Of a DNA stretch of 64,000 nt, positions 37,358 to 50,570 are shown in pieces. The stretch comes from Vicugna vicugna (lineage: Eukaryota). Location: the NCBI GenBank assembly GCA_013265495.1, contig MU058478.1:125816-189815 (forward strand), given 5' to 3'. The notes beneath the pieces are model-generated. The model did no database searches. It saw nothing but the letters and a program-made list of their open reading frames with translations, and was not told the origin of the DNA. How positions within the stretch are numbered: the stretch's first letter is position 1; each line of letters opens with the position of its first letter. Both the position numbers and the translations under genes were made by a program.

Positions 37358-37725
37358 TGTATTAGTCGGGTCAGGTTGTCATAGCAAGATACACAGGGTT
37401 GGACAGTTTAGACAAATTTTTCTCACAGTACTGGAGGCTGGGAGTTCAAGATCAGCTTTGTTTCTGAGGCCACTTCTCCTGGCTTGTAGGTGGCCTCTGT
37501 CTCACTTTGTGTGTGCACGCTTTGTCGACAGGTGCACAGGCAGAGAATGAGCCCTTTGGCCCCCCTTCTGATAAGGACACTAACCCTATTGACTCAGGGC
37601 CCCACCCTTATGACTTCATTTCACCTCAATCATCTCCTTTTAGTCTTTATCTCCAAATACAGTCACACTGGGTGTTAAGGGGTCAGTGGGCATATGAATC
37701 TGGGAAGGATGGTATTCAGTAACAT
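37358..37725 (-). mobile_element. MLT1A-like MaLR LTR
   Basis: TGTATTAGTCGGGTC...CTCACAGTACTGGAGGCTGGGAGTTCAAGATCA...CCAAATACAGTCACACTGGG. Confidence 0.85.
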
Positions 37726-37890
37726 AGCATGGTCTCCCCAAAGTTCACGTCCTTCTCACATGCAAGATACATTCCATCCTAACAGCCCCAAAGACCTTAA
37801 CTCATTCCAGCCTCAACTCTGAAGCCCAAAGGCTCATACAAATAACACTTAAAAACAGACACGGCTGAGCGTTGAGGTCCCTGTGTACCG
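37726..37890 (-). mobile_element. MaLR internal (MLT-int) sequence abutting the LTR
   Basis: CCCCAAAGTTCACGTCCTTCTCACATGCAAGATACATTC...CAGCCCCAAAGACCTTAACTCATTCCAGC is typical MaLR internal sequence next to the 3' LTR. Confidence 0.7.
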
Positions 37891-40534
37891 GCGACCCTCC
37901 AATGACAGCTTGGGTTGAGTTTTTGACAATGGAAGTGGAAGGAAAAAAAAAAAAGAATAGACAAATGTTGGAAACCTGAAGGAAATAGTGTTAACAAGAT
38001 TTAGGGAGTAGCTGGATTTAAGGAACTCAAGGAATGGACGTCCACCAAATCTCCCAGTTCTCCAGCTGAGATGAATTAGCGCCTGGGGTTACCATTAGTC
38101 AAACACAATGGGAGGAGAATAATTATGGGAAGATAATGGATTTGGCGAAAAAGTACCTTATAAATCTCCAAATCTCATGCATAGCTAACAGAATACACCC
38201 ATTTGCTTCTTGACTTTTATCAGCCCTTTGTGACCCCAGCCTTTCTAATTGCGGGAACCTTCATTTCAATGACAAACTGTAATCGGAGTCATTGAGAAAG
38301 TAAGTGGCACGCCATTCTAAGATCTTGTCCAGAAGGTGAGATCTGGGGACAAATTTTATGATGGTTTACCTAAATATTGGCTTTAAAGGAAACTTTGTCT
38401 CCAAGCTCTAGGGTCCTAAGTTTTGACCCACTGGTATGTTCCAATTTTGCTGCCTGCTGAGCCACAAGAAAACTTTACGTGTAGTGAAAAATATGTCAAA
38501 TTAAAAAATTGTACATAAAAATCTCCATAGAGATAAGTTCAAATATTATTTGAATAATAAATGGTTATAAAAAACAATGCTTTTTCTGCTCATCTTTTGC
38601 AACATGTACTGAGTACATTCTTCAGTTTATGCTTATTAGACCTTAAATCATAATGAATAAACAGCTACCTATTGATAGTTTGTTACATCTGCAAAATAAA
38701 TACATTGGGTTAAATATTTAACCGAAAATCCAAGTAAATGTGCCATTTTTGGTTAGTACACAGGACAGCACATTTTCTGCATTCTGAGTCTCCGATTCCC
38801 CCCAAAATATTTGGTGGGGACACTAGAAATGTAATGCATTGCTAGGAGTGGTACTGTCTCATTCCGAATGATTGCTTTAATGCAATTAAATTTTTAATCA
38901 TTTTTTCCCTGCACGTTTGGACTCAGAAATGTATCAAATAGGAATATTAATGAATAATGATTGTACCCTCTAGAGAAATTTTCCTTTAGGGTCCAAAAAT
39001 AGTAACTGTATTATCAGTGAAGAGTATTTTTAATACAGATTTTGGAATAGGTTTATAACAGGGATGTAATTTTATTGCAACTTCTTGTGATTTGGTCAAA
39101 AATTTTGCCTAACAATTTTTATATGCACCATTATATTGTCTGATAAGAATCAAAGTGTTTAATTATTGTCATGAAATGTTAGTTGAAATCAAAGCAACAC
39201 TAATTCCTTCTATTAGTGGAAAGAAAGAAAACAAAACAAAGGTAAACACAAAGGCTGAGCTCACCCATAAAATACTGACAAATTCTTCGTGAACTATTGA
39301 AAGGAGAATTTTATATCATTCACTTTTCCTTCTGGAGAAATTTAGGCTTGTAGCAAGTATTGTTAAGGATGTATTCAAACCCCACTCAATCACATTTACC
39401 CATCTTTGACCCTGAATCAGGGGTATGGATGCAAAGAGGAAACACAACAAAACACATTTCAGGCAGTGTGATTGCAGGAAAAAATGAAATCTCGGGAGAA
39501 CCCTGGGGGCGATGTTAGTAATGGTGTCTTTTCAACAGTTAATATGGAACAAAACCATGCAAAGAGCCTGCCAGAAAACAATGAGCCATAAAACAAACAA
39601 ACAAACAAACAAAAACAAAAACACACCGGCTAATGGAGGGGAAGGTTCAATATTTTAAAAATAAAATTAGCTTAAAGAAATAATTATCTTTGTCAATGTC
39701 AAAATAATGGTAACATTTGAAGGTACCGTGTCTTCCAAGCAAAGATAAAACCACACCAGGGAGAACTTATAAATGAGATGAGTGGATTCATTAAATGGAC
39801 TTACGTTAAAGGTCAATATTCAGTTAATGTAATTGCTAAGAAACAGACATGGCACCTGATCGATGGGCATTTGTAGGACGAAAATGTCCTGTATTTGGAA
39901 ACCAAAACAGTTTTCATAGTTTATGTCATGTGCTACAACGTCATAGCTGTGAACCAATTAGGGCTGCAAGTCCCACGCTCTCTAGAAATCCAGGCTCCCA
40001 CAGACAATTTATAGTGGATTTTGCCCGCGTGATGCTGTGGACCACGTACTGCAAAGCCCACGTCTCCTATGAGCGTGATGAGAAAAAGCAACCCATCCAA
40101 TGGGCATTTTCCATGCCACCTGGAATGGCCAGGGGTTCTGTAAGAGCTAACAGATTTGAGATGTTCAAAACATCGTGCAGTTGAGTCAAGAGTGGGATAT
40201 GGTCACATCACTGTGGCTGGAACAGCCCGCTACTTCTCAGCTACTCAGTGAATCGTTGAAAGCATAAAATTAAGACTTCTTATTTTTCCCAAAATGCCAC
40301 TCATGGTCTACAGCTTCCAACTTCTTAAGGTGGTCCAAGCTTCTCCCAGTTTCTCAAAGTATAAGGGTAACTCTGATGTCATGGGATTCTTGACAACGGA
40401 TTTGAGTCAAGGACCTAGGGACACTGTTTTGGGGGGAGAGGATAATTAGAGAATATTACACTGATTTATTTTCGCTGATTGAAAAAAACATATATATACA
40501 TATATTATGTCTATTTCTCTATTTATGTACTTTT

Positions 40535-40715
40535 AAAACCATTTTTATCAAAGCATAGTAATTCACAATGTTGTGTTAGTTTCAGGCTGATTCTGACATA
40601 CACATAAATGTGTATATATATGTTCTTCTTCAAATTCTTTTCCGTTATAGTTATTACAAGATATTGAATACAGTTCCCCGTGCTCTATAGCAGGACCTTG
40701 TTTTCCCTCTTTCTA
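40535..40715 (-). mobile_element. L1 3' end fragment
   Basis: TTATTACAAGATATTGAATACAGTTCCCCGTGCTCTATAGCAGGACCTTG. Confidence 0.8.
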
Positions 40716-41714
40716 TATTTTTAATATCTCTTTTCTGATTGCAGGTGTCGGAAGCTGACAGTCATGATCATTTTACAGGCCTGGGGACATAAGCGAGGGA
40801 AATGACTTGTAGCCTTCTTGGACAGAGAACAATGTAAGTATATCTTTGCTCACGTGATAATCCAAAATAACCAGTTAAGGTAAAAGAATACTCAGGGATT
40901 GCAAAACCAAATTCTATCGCTGAGCTTTGAAAACGTATTTAGTTGCGAAATATTTACTCAAACAATTTGGCAGCGTGATATTTAAGGCAGACAAATGAAG
41001 CTGCTTTGGTTAAAGTCTTTCCATGCAACCCAGAGCCCCGTTTGTTAACTAGCTGGAAGTTTAGAAACAATGAATCTGTAGTAATAACAAAGTTGTATTT
41101 ATCAGAAATTCACCTTCTATGCAAACCTCCGGAGCCCTGGATTGTAAGAGGCAGTGGGAAAAACGGGGGTTTTTACCCTGCCAACTTGTCCATGTGACTT
41201 CACTGCCAGCTGATAGTGTGTTACTGAGCACGCAAAAACCTCTCTGGTCTCTGCTTTGAAAAAAACAAAATGAATGGGATCTATTACTAATCACTAGAGA
41301 ATCCCTAATTTATATTTGTCCATTCTATTCTGTTTTATAGAGTACTGCATCTGGCAAATTCAGACAAATCTGATTTTTGTAGTTGCTGTCAAGTAAGGAA
41401 GTCTACCATAGTTCTTATAAAAATGAGGCTACCTTTGTCTTTTAGCAATATTCATGGGGACCTAATATATGCAAATCACCCTGATCTAGTCCCCATTGCT
41501 AAGGATTTTCAAAGATCAGCAGGATGGAACTGTTTTTTTACCCCCAAGAAGCTTACAATCACAGAAATCAGAAAAATGCAAGGTAACTGGCAAAACAAAC
41601 AATATCAAAGTAACCTACAGTTACATTCTTCCTTCACCCCTGGGTAAGATGCTGAGTGCAGTGATGGGAGGGATGTAAGTAAAATCACACATGTGTAAAG
41701 ACATAAATATTCTC

Positions 41715-41871
41715 GGAGGGGTACAGCTCGGTGACAGAGTGCCTGCCTAGCATGCACGAGGTCCTGGGTTCAATCCCCCGTACCTCCACTGAGAAACAAG
41801 TAAATAAAATAAATAAACCTAATTACCTGCCCCCCACAAAAAATTTTTAAAAAATTAAATCAGTTCAATAG
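41715..41871 (+). mobile_element. tRNA-Ala-derived camelid SINE (vic-1-like)
   Basis: tRNA head, AATAAACCTAATTACCTGCCCCCC tail, and TSD AGACATAAATATTCT/AGATATAAAAATTCT (41699/41872). Confidence 0.9.
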
Positions 41872-42264
41872 AGATATAAAAATTCTGATTCCAATTTGTC
41901 TCATTCATTCCAGGCTTTTCTAATCAGTGGCTTGTTTATCCTTTCTTGTCCATGCACATTTAATTAATACCATTTTACTGCCAAATTCATTTTATTTCTC
42001 GCCCGATCCTTTAGTTTTCCTTGCTCGACTAGCATTTCTCGTGCACGTACAAATTCAGACAGACATTATCAGTTTAATTTAGCATGTGCTTACGGAGTGA
42101 TATCTGCATTGTAGGCGGTGTGAATCTGGGAATACAAAGATAAAATATCCTTTTGGGCATCAACAAATCTACTGAGCACACGTTTGATGTTCACAAGCTA
42201 CTCCTTCCATTTCTCTGCCAAATAAATTCTACACTAACATCTTCTTCCTTTCACTCCAGATTTC

Positions 42265-42290
42265 CACACACACACACACACACACACACA
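42265..42290. repeat. (CA)13 microsatellite
   Basis: Directly visible in the sequence. Confidence 0.95.
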
Positions 42291-43589
42291 AATGCACATT
42301 CAACTCCATCTCTGTATGCATTTGATGGAGAGTCCATATTTCAGCTTTGTTTTGGGGAATACCAGGGCATTGATAAAATACGCCGTAAGGGATAAAATAT
42401 GCCGTAAGTTTGGATGGAAGACTCACGTGCTAGAGAAGGAATTCCCCAGACACCTCGGAGACTGACTTCCTAGTAGCATTAGTTTGCAGAAATTATCAGG
42501 AAGCCCAAAGATGACGTTGAAATGGCCCCTGCCTGTCGAGGGGCCATCCTGGCTCCAACCCACCTGTAGGCAGCACCCTAATGTCCGCATCTGGAAGGGA
42601 GTCACCTGACATGGCCCTCTGTTCCAGATCTCAAATTTCTTAAATTTCCTTCATGCTTCCGTGGTCCCCAGAAAACAGAGAAGACTTGATCGCGTGTCCA
42701 TTGCACACAAATATGAAGGCACACATCATTAATGCACAACGTTGTCATCCATGTGGTTGCAATTCCTTTAGTGCCTTTGGAGACGTTCACATTAGCCCCC
42801 GCCCCAGGGCACTCCAGGACCTGGCAGAGCTGGGAGCAGAAAGAGGAAAAAGAAACAAGGTCAAAAGTATTGTCATTGCAGAAAGAAGTCCAGACCAACC
42901 CAAGACCGTTGTGGAATGAAGCCTGCAAGCTGGCTTGGGGCATGAAAAATTCAGGAAGCTCCGACAGGGAGAATGTGATGCTCAGGGTCCAACCAGAAAA
43001 AAAGTCACAGTCTCGGCAGAGCAGACAGTTGAAGAGGAATCAGATTCATCCCTCAGGGATGGCCCAGCCTCTCCCCAGCCGTGGCATTTTGGATTCTACG
43101 TGCATTTAATTTAAAAAAAAAAAAATCCGTTTTCTACCTAATGCTTTTTCAGAGATTTAGCATCTTAGAAGCTACTTCCAAATCTTGTAAAGGTTGAGGT
43201 TAACAGACTACAGGAGTTCAAATCAAAGTATCAAATTAATTCCCCCTTTAAAATTGAGAAACTGAGTTTAGGAATATTTAATTCGGGATTAAGTACTAGA
43301 GAGAGCTTCCTTTAATCACCACAGAGCCATAAATAAAACAATACATGACTCGCCCAAAGCTTTGAATAATTACAGCTGTTGAAAATGAATGTGCTTACAT
43401 ATCTTCCATCAATTACACGGCGGAAATAAATGTGCATGGAAATCTGATTCCCTCTTGAAGACCCAGACAAATTCTTCCTTGTGCGCAGCTCCTGCAAATC
43501 CTTTTCATCAGACAAAACCATCTTCTCCTTCATGTCGACCTAAGCGTGTTTGTTCAATTATTGCCTATCACATATGGAGAGACACCAAA

Positions 43590-43790
43590 GGGGTAGACTT
43601 GGGAATCCGATGGTGGTGTTCAGATTCCAGCCCCAACACTTCTAAACTCTGCAGCCGTTGGGAAATAAGAATTTCCTTAAGCTCCATGTTCTCAGCATCT
43701 GAAAAACGGGGACACTAATGAATTGTGGATTATCTGGGCTGATATCCAGGTATATTCGGTATGAACACCTTGAAGAGTTCTGCCTGATGG
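43590..43790 (+). mobile_element. MIR SINE
   Basis: TTCAGATTCCAGCCCCAACACTT...CTCAGCATCTGAAAAACGGGGACACTAAT core. Confidence 0.6.
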
Positions 43791-44406
43791 ATCCTGACAC
43801 TCGCGTTAGCCAGAACCTCTAAATACACACGCCACCTTGGCAACTGAAGCTTTTTACCACCCGTACGGGCTCCTGGGGTGTCCAAATTGTAACCTTCTGA
43901 TTGGTGATGCCTCTGCCTTGTGAGTTTTTAGATATTTCAAACCCCACCCTGGCATCTTGCAGATTTCCAAAGATCCACAGTTTCCCTGACACTGAGCACA
44001 TGTCATACACGTGTATGGTGTATAGGAAGGTAGTTTGAGCTGTTATAACAAAACCTGATTTGTAGTTTACCATCAGTTTCTACGTTTGCCCACTTCTCCT
44101 GTTTCCTTGTGACATCTTCTCAGTGACACAGTGTGTTTCATTATCTCAGGGACTAACACAGTGATTTTTGGAGGAGGGACACCATAAGGGAACACTGAAT
44201 TAAAACAAGGAGACTTACCCACTTGTCCTGTGTATCTGCATACTGCGCGTCTCTAAGTAAATCACCGTTCTGAGCAACTCATTTCTTCAGATGAATGGCT
44301 TAGTGTCTTGTAATAATGGCTTTCACATCATTAATAGGGGAATATATGGCCTCATTCAGGGTGGAATCTTAGCGAGAAACCAGATGTAAAGTCACAACTG
44401 TCTTGA

Positions 44407-44927
44407 TGGCTCAGAAAAGAACCAATCTGACTCCACATGAGACCTGTTCCTTTGGCTTGAACCCTGTGCCCTGTTTTCTAGGCTCAGTCTTGCTGGCTCC
44501 GCACATTTCGGAAAAGATTGTTGCCTTTAGCCTGAAATATACAGGGCAGCCAGTTCTCAAGGCTCTGACCTTTAAGGATGTTAACACTTTTGCACTTGTA
44601 TAAAGATAACAACTTGCAGAATAGAAAATAACATTTGTTTTGCTGGAGGTTTGCAGGGGCACCGTGGCCTGACCCACGTGCACAGCTGCAAGAACAAAGG
44701 ATTCCTGCACCCAGAAGTTTGCATCAGCCAACCACACCCCCTCCCCTTTTTCGAATAAAAGGAGCCTGAATTCTGACTTGGGGAAGATGGTTCTGCAGGA
44801 CATCAGTGTGCCATCTTCTCGGTCTGCCAGCTTTCCAAATAAAGTCGCTACCCCTTGTCCCAACACCTTGTCTCCTGATTTATTGGCCTGTCGTGTGGTG
44901 AGCAGAATGAGTTTGGATTCAATAACA
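44407..44927 (+). mobile_element. ERV1-like solo LTR (family A, copy 3)
   Basis: TG...AATAACA termini, AATAAA near 44838, and a near-TSD TTGA/CTGA (4 bp, as for ERV1). Confidence 0.9.
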
Positions 44928-45899
44928 CTGAGTCTGCTATGAAAAGTTATGCGGTGGTTTATTTTGGGTTTATAGAGTGAGAAATAAAGAACTTTTTTTA
45001 AAGTTACAGTACTGTTTTATCTTTAGATGGGCATTCTCAGAGGTCAGTTGCCTGGATAACATTAAAAGAGGTGGGCTCTTCTCAGCCTTGCACACACTCT
45101 TAATTGCTGTGCAACCGGATGTGCCGTGTCACCTCCAGATCCATCTGACAAGCCAGAGACTGAAATACCAAGTACAGTGTCAACATGTAATGTACAAAGC
45201 AATATACAATTAGCAAGCAATTTGGATAATGACTTTCGATGATGACAATAGACACTCTATCAAATCTATCCTGGGAGCCAACAATCCGGAGGATGTTGAG
45301 GAAACACGGACAAGACTGTGATCAAGGGCAGAGAATCACTGTGATCATCTCCAACAGTCACAACGGCCACCGACATGAGAGCAAAGGAGTCACCATAAAG
45401 CTTTCTTCCAGTCCTGTTTCATGCAGACATTTGATAAATCTCGCACATCCTCGGTTGCTAGGCTCCAGAAGACACCATAAAAAAGGAAGGCTCATTACAC
45501 TGTATGGAAGTGAGCGTCGCCACGTTCAACCGAACCATCCTTGAATCCAGTGCCGAAGCTGTGTGGTCTATTTATCACACGGATAGAGATGCTTCTCTCT
45601 CCCAAACCCATTGCTGGCTCGGCCTTCCCAGTTGTTCCAGCTTTAGTCAACACTCTCCTGAGCTTCTTCAGTGACCACCTTGCCTATGTTTCCCTACTTC
45701 TTATCCCGTGGAGACAGCGCATGGTCTGCCCCACCTGGGGAAGGGCTCATCTCTCATTTTCAGCTCTCCATTTGTTGCTATCCAAGTCTAATAGCCAGAG
45801 CTTTTATTATTGCTGTGGGTGAAAAACATCACAGCCATATCAGTAAACACAGGATGCTCTGGCCATCAAGTCATCAGTCGCTACCACCACCCCCAACAG

Positions 45900-46327
45900 T
45901 GAGAGGAGGGAACTTGGGATGCAGACAAGCAGGCATTCCAGCCTCTGCAGACACCCCCAGTGGTACCATCTCCCTCCCTGAGGGGGCTCAGGATGTGAGA
46001 GAACAGGACACTGGCCCTAGAGAGCTCGGAGCCACATCAAAGGGATGATCTCAATGAGCCCAAACCTTTGCACTTTCCCATACAGAGAAAAGTGGTAAAT
46101 TCCTTGAGATATCTGGTTTTCTTTAATTAACAGTCATTTTTTGATGTTCTGACTACCTGGTCTTTGTTGCAAAAACTCTTATGTTTCCTGGCTCCTCCCT
46201 TACATCTTCAGAGCAGTCCCTCAGAGCCATCTGGGAGGCTGCCTCCCAGGCTTCAAGTCCTCAGAAATGTCTGCGACATAAAACATAACTCCCAACTTTT
46301 AGCTTGTGAATTTTATTTCAGTCGACA
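45900..46327 (+). mobile_element. ERV1-like solo LTR (family D)
   Basis: Ends ATAAAACATAACTCCCAACTTTTAGCTTGTGAATTTTATTTCAGTCGACA, an LTR U5-like end. The 5' boundary is approximate. Confidence 0.7.
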
Positions 46328-47844
46328 TGGTGTTAATATTCTCTTTTTTTTAATGATCTCCACCCAGAACCCAGAATTGACTTTATATTTTATGAAAATT
46401 GCCGTGCCAGAATTATACACATCTTCCACTTAGGTACAATTATAATAATTCTATATTAAGAGAATTTTAGCCACCAAAATGTCTGTAATTGTATTTGGTG
46501 TTATTGTTTTTGTTTGTTTTCTTAAATAGAAATGAAGTGTGAACGTTTTCACTTATGATAGAAAACCGATTCCCCTTAATAAACACATTACTGTTTTTAT
46601 TTCACCATTTTGAACAGGTTAAAGTTGTTCCATTTCACAAACCAAAATTGGCATCTTCAGTGTAACAGACTGGTCATGGCTCCTCAACCCTTTGAGTAAA
46701 TGATGCGTAGAAAATATTTAATCAAAACAGTTAACACTAATTTAAAAATATATAAATGAAGTGATTATTATAATATAAAAAAGCCATGGCCTATTAAATT
46801 GGCGATGCTGTCCGTTTTTCACCATTTAATTTTGTTATGCATCATTCGATTTTAAAAAAAATTGAATTATCCATGATTCTAAATGCACTTTGTTTATTAT
46901 TATTTATTATTAAACAAATCTCTTAAAATTGCTAATTACCTGTCTGCTTGAAATCCAATCACGTAGAGATATTTAGAACTCAACATTCCAAAGTTTAGTG
47001 GTTTTTTATTCTTTTTTTTTTGTAAATATACATGTCACAGATGTTATACCAAGAGTATGTCAATGAAAATTACACTAATCACAGCTGGCAATTTCTAAAG
47101 TTCTTTTTTTGCTTCCCATGTCTTTCTTGCTACATGAAACCGAACCCCACGTTTTGAAAACTGTTGATTGCCATAATCTACTAAAATATTCTGACATCCA
47201 CCTGTATCCATTTCCTGTTTTCCAGCCACACTCTGTGATTTGGGGTTTGGATTACTCATCAGCGCAGATCCCTCTTTAATAGTCTCTCCATGACTCTTTC
47301 CAAACATTCAAAAAGTGGTCCCCAAAGCAACTATTCTTGACTCTCAAATATTACATGAAAAAACAAAAAAACTTGGATAATGGCAGCTCCAACCTGGTGG
47401 TTCAAATTTTTGTAAGCTCCTTACTTGAGTCACCGAAGTTATAGGAAGAGTGTAAAAACTTGCATTTGAGCTGAAAATCAGCTAAAGATGCCACTGTGTA
47501 GTGTTCATCTTGCTTAGAGTTTGCCAAAGTCAGTGCAGGTTTTAGGAAGTCAGCGGAAAGTGCACAGAGGAAATTGCAAAGACTCAGAATGTCACTGTCT
47601 CATCTAAAGACAGTACCAGGAAAGGATGTGGCCAGGGGCTCTCATCCAGACTGTGTCTCTGATGTCTTAACTCTCAGAACTGATACACACTTGAAATCTA
47701 AAGGATGAAGCAGTATCCTAGAAGTTGTCATGAGGGGCATTTCATATTGCACGTTATATATGAAAATATAAAATCTATTGTATTTCTCTCTGTTCATTAA
47801 CAGATTTTTGACAACAGCTATTGAAAAGTCATCCCATTGTCTTA

Positions 47845-48625
47845 TCTTTTCTTTTCTTTTTTTTCCCCCTTTTTTATTGCAGTACAGTCAGACAGTTACA
47901 ATGGTTTCTGGTGCACAGCACCATGTCCCAGTCATGCAGATACATCCATATATTCATTTTCATATTCTTTTTCATTAAAGGTTATTGCAAGGTTTTGAAC
48001 ACAGTTCCCTGTGCTGTACAGCAGAAATGTTTTTTAAAATCTATTTTTACATATAGTGGCTAACACTTGTAAATCTCAAACTCCCAAATTTATCCCTTCC
48101 CACCCCCCTTTCCCTTATAATCATAAGATTGCTTACTATGTCTGCAAGTCTGTTTCTGTTTGTAGATGAGTTTGTGTCTTTTTCCTTTTTTTTCAGATTC
48201 CACATATGAGTGATATCATATGATGTTTTTTCTTTCTTTTTCTGACTTATTTCACTTAGAATGACAACCTGTGAGTCCACCCATGCTGCTGCAAATGGCA
48301 GTATTTCATTCTTTTTCATGGCTGAGTAGTATTCCACTGTATAAATATACACACTGTATAACCACATCTTCTTTATCCAGTCATCTGTTGATGGACATTT
48401 AGGCTGTTTCCATGTCTTGGCTGTTGTAAATAGTGCTGCTGTGAACATTGGGGTGCATGTGTCTTTTTGAATTAAGTTTCCCTACAGGTGCATGTGCAGG
48501 AGTGGGATTGCTGGATCATATGGTAACTCGATTTTTAATCTTTTGAGGAATCGCCATACTGTTTTCTAGAACGGCTCCACCAAACTACATTCCCACCGGC
48601 AGTGTAGGAGGGCTCCCTTCTCTCC
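47845..48625 (-). mobile_element. Young 5'-truncated L1 with ORF2 C-terminus and 3' UTR
   Basis: ORF 48047-48448(-) reads MFTAALFTTAKTWKQPKCPSTDDWIKKMW...ILPFAAAW, the canonical L1 ORF2 C-terminus. Confidence 0.95.
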
Positions 48626-48639
48626 CCTCACCCATACTA

Positions 48640-49118
48640 CTTCCTGATTGCTGTTTTTTGACATAGTCTTTGTTCCAGGAGATTTTATTTGATTCTTTGT
48701 GATTTGCTACCTAAACCATCATGTCATCCGGAAAGACAGTTTCATTGATTTCTTTCAATCTGCATATTCATTTGTTTTGTTTTCTTGTCATTGGCCTGGA
48801 TATACCTTTAAGTCTGACATAGAACAGGAATGCACAGGGAGGGCATTCCTGTCTTTCCCTATCCTATAAAGGGAGAGTCAGTGGCTCACCACTAATTAAG
48901 TATAATAGTTGTAGGTGTTTATATATATTATTTATTGTGCTAGAGAACTTCCCTTCCGCTTCTATTTTTTGAGACTTCGCTTACCATAAATCAGTGTTTT
49001 TTTTTAACCATAAATCAGTGTTGAACTTTACCAATTGCTTTTTCTCCATTTATTGAGATGATCTTATTTTTTAATTAAATCCAGTAATATGAGGAATCAC
49101 TACATTGATTTATGAATG
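48640..49118 (-). mobile_element. Old L1 ORF2 (RT region), inverted segment
   Basis: Antisense ORF2 phrases: GGAGGGCATTCCTGTCTT, CAGTGTTGAACTTTACCAATTGCTTTTTCTCCATTTATTGAGATGATC. Confidence 0.8.
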
Positions 49119-49705
49119 TACAAGATCTATATATGGAAAAATACAAAGCTCTGATGAAAGAAATGAAAATGAATCTGCCGTCATGGAGAGCTACTTCATA
49201 TTCAGGGATGGGCAAACATATCATTCAGTTTTGACATATCAATGTCAATTTTTCCGAACTTGCTCTGTAGATTCAATATAATAACAATAAAATAATCCAA
49301 CAATATGTTTCAATATATCTACAAAGCAATTCCAAAATTTATACAGAAGGTCAAAAGACAGAATAGACAAAATAACACTGAAGAACACAGCTGGAGGACT
49401 CAAACTGCCCGATTTCAAGATTTTCTACAGAACTGCTGGCATCAAGACTTTGAGCAAAGCAACATACACTTTCCATATGGGATTAGGGAAGGGATACCCA
49501 CAAAGATCAGTAGAACTGAATAGAGAGCCCCCAGTTAGATCCACACAAACACAGACGCTGATTCGTAAGAGTGGAGCAAGCCAGTTGAATAGAGAAATCA
49601 TATTTTTAGCAATTCATGGTGGAACACTAGACATCTATATGCAAAAACTGAACTTAGACCCAGACTTCACACCTTACACAACAAATAACTCACAATGGAC
49701 TGTAG
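49119..49705 (+). mobile_element. Old L1 ORF2, non-inverted segment
   Basis: CAAGATCTATATATGGAAAAATACAAAGCTCTGATGAAAGAAAT (QDLY.EKYK.LMKE) through TTCACACCTTACACAACAAATAACTCACAATGGA. Confidence 0.8.
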
Positions 49706-50029
49706 TTTTACATATGGTATGGGAGTATGGATTCATTTACATTTTCCAACCAAATAATTGCCTTTATCTACCTTTGACATCCAGCTTTTTTGCTCTCACC
49801 TTTAGCCCAAATCACTATTTCAACAGTTTATCACAACAGACTGCTGCCTCCTTAGTTTAGTTGCAGGACGGCCATCAAAGACCTCTGTCCATATCTTTTT
49901 TCTGTTATGTAAAATTGCCTTTGGAAAAAAAAAAAAGGACAAGGCTTATGTTTTATAGGCAGTGATTCTTAAAATGAAAAAAAAAATTGAATGTAAAACC
50001 TACTGGAATATTGAGAAGGAGTTTTTTGT

Positions 50030-50085
50030 TTTCTGGTTGTTTTTTTGTTGTTTTTTTTTTTTTGTTTTGTTTTGTTTTGTTTTTT
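50030..50085. repeat. T-rich / (TTTTG)n simple repeat
   Basis: Directly visible in the sequence. Confidence 0.85.
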
Positions 50086-50107
50086 ACTAAATCAAAAGAA
50101 GAGTGGA

Positions 50108-50570
50108 TGTAATGGAACAGGACCCTGGGGGTTTCCAGGGTCAGACCCCTTCCCGTGTCCTCCCCTGCAGCTCCTGTCTAAAGGACCCAGATCAGAGCAT
50201 CTCGTGTATATTTCCTGAGTGTTTCAGATGCTAAAAATCACCCCCAAAGGGAAGAAATTAACTACTTGATGATGGAGACCATGTGGCCCCCGGACATCCT
50301 GGTGCCTGGGGGGTTGATGCTGTTGACCATCCTGTTCCCTCCACATCAACCAGTCAGAGGATTGTGCAGGAGCTGGTCACGCATCCTGCAAACCCTCACC
50401 TGGCCTTTAAATGTGCTTTGCTGAAACCCTTCAGGGACTTTGGAGTTTAGTTAGATGTGAGCCACCCCCTCCTCCTTGCTCAGCCCTACAATCAGCCTTT
50501 CTCTGCTCCAAACTCATGTTTCACTTTGGCCTCAGGATGAGGCAGGCATGGGAACTTGGACGGTGAGGGC
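50108..50570 (+). mobile_element. ERV1-like solo LTR (family E)
   Basis: TGTAATGGAACAGGACCC start, and CCTTTAAATGTGCTTTGCTGAAACCCTTCAGGGA...TTTCTCTGCTCCAAACTC resembling an R/U5 region. The 3' end is approximate. Confidence 0.7.

Noticed and set aside
48047..48448. Protein-coding gene (133-aa ORF), likewise 55781-56113 and 14176-14466
   Set aside because: These are remnants of L1 ORF2 C-termini in 5'-truncated elements.
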